DNA from: a virus | Taxonomy: Duplodnaviria > Caudoviricetes | IMG/VR virus record: IMGVR_UViG_3300017646_000156 | Location: 1-24,619 of that record | DNA: 24,619 nt | Strand: one strand, 5' to 3' | Part shown: in pieces, positions 24,534 to 24,619 of the stretch | Position numbering within the stretch: the first letter of the stretch is position 1 | Layout of the letters: each line of letters begins with the position of its first letter | Made by a program: the position numbers and the translations under genes | Notes under the pieces: generated by a model | Database searches by the model: none | Seen by the model: the letters and a program-made list of their open reading frames with translations, nothing else | What the model was told of the DNA's origin: nothing

Positions 24534-24556
24534 TGAAGTGAGCCGGTCTCACTTCA
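24534..24556. promoter_or_regulatory. Perfect inverted repeat, candidate operator or hairpin
   Basis: TGAAGTGAG-N5-CTCACTTCA, upstream of an AAGGAG RBS at the window end. Confidence 0.45.
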
Positions 24557-24619
24557 GCGGTTAGGATGCTAACACGTGGTTTTACGTGATTGTGTCAGAA
24601 CCCCAAACGAGAAGGAGAC

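Larger units (their letters stand above)
11581..24619. mobile_element. Integrated prophage-like element (DUF2924/serine recombinase type); may extend left over the defence block and continues right
   Basis: Recombinase module plus a phage-type recombination/replication operon and ParB-MTase. No att sites or virion genes seen in the window. Confidence 0.8.

Overview
GC-rich window, probably from a Planctomycetota-like bacterium (inferred from gene content and style, not verified). It covers part of an integrated prophage-like element with two divergent arms meeting at ~14.5-14.7 kb. The rightward arm (14772-24057) encodes an ECF-like sigma factor, an AAA_24/Sak4-like ATPase, a DUF669 SSB-like protein, RusA, DUF3310, an SF2 helicase, a Prim-Pol/DUF3987 primase, a GGTGAA repeat cluster (candidate origin), a ParB-fused DNA methyltransferase and DUF1937. 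The leftward arm encodes two small paralogous ORFs, DUF2924, a large serine recombinase and its accessory gene, then a defence/regulatory block. That block comprises EcoEI-like type I R-M (hsdR-hsdM-hsdS), a double Zn-ribbon/HEPN-motif protein, an XRE + ImmA/IrrE pair, an unassigned SAP-motif + Zn-ribbon/regulator gene pair with its own operator-bearing promoter, and a DUF262-DUF1524 (GmrSD-like) nuclease. Most notable features: (i) a 34-bp bipartite motif in front of both arms, a candidate promoter for the element's own sigma factor; (ii) the XRE/ImmA-linked unassigned gene pair; (iii) the HEPN-motif gene appended to the R-M operon; (iv) P4-like phased repeats. No structural phage genes, att sites, RNA genes or CRISPR arrays are evident. 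All family calls come from motif recognition, not database searches.
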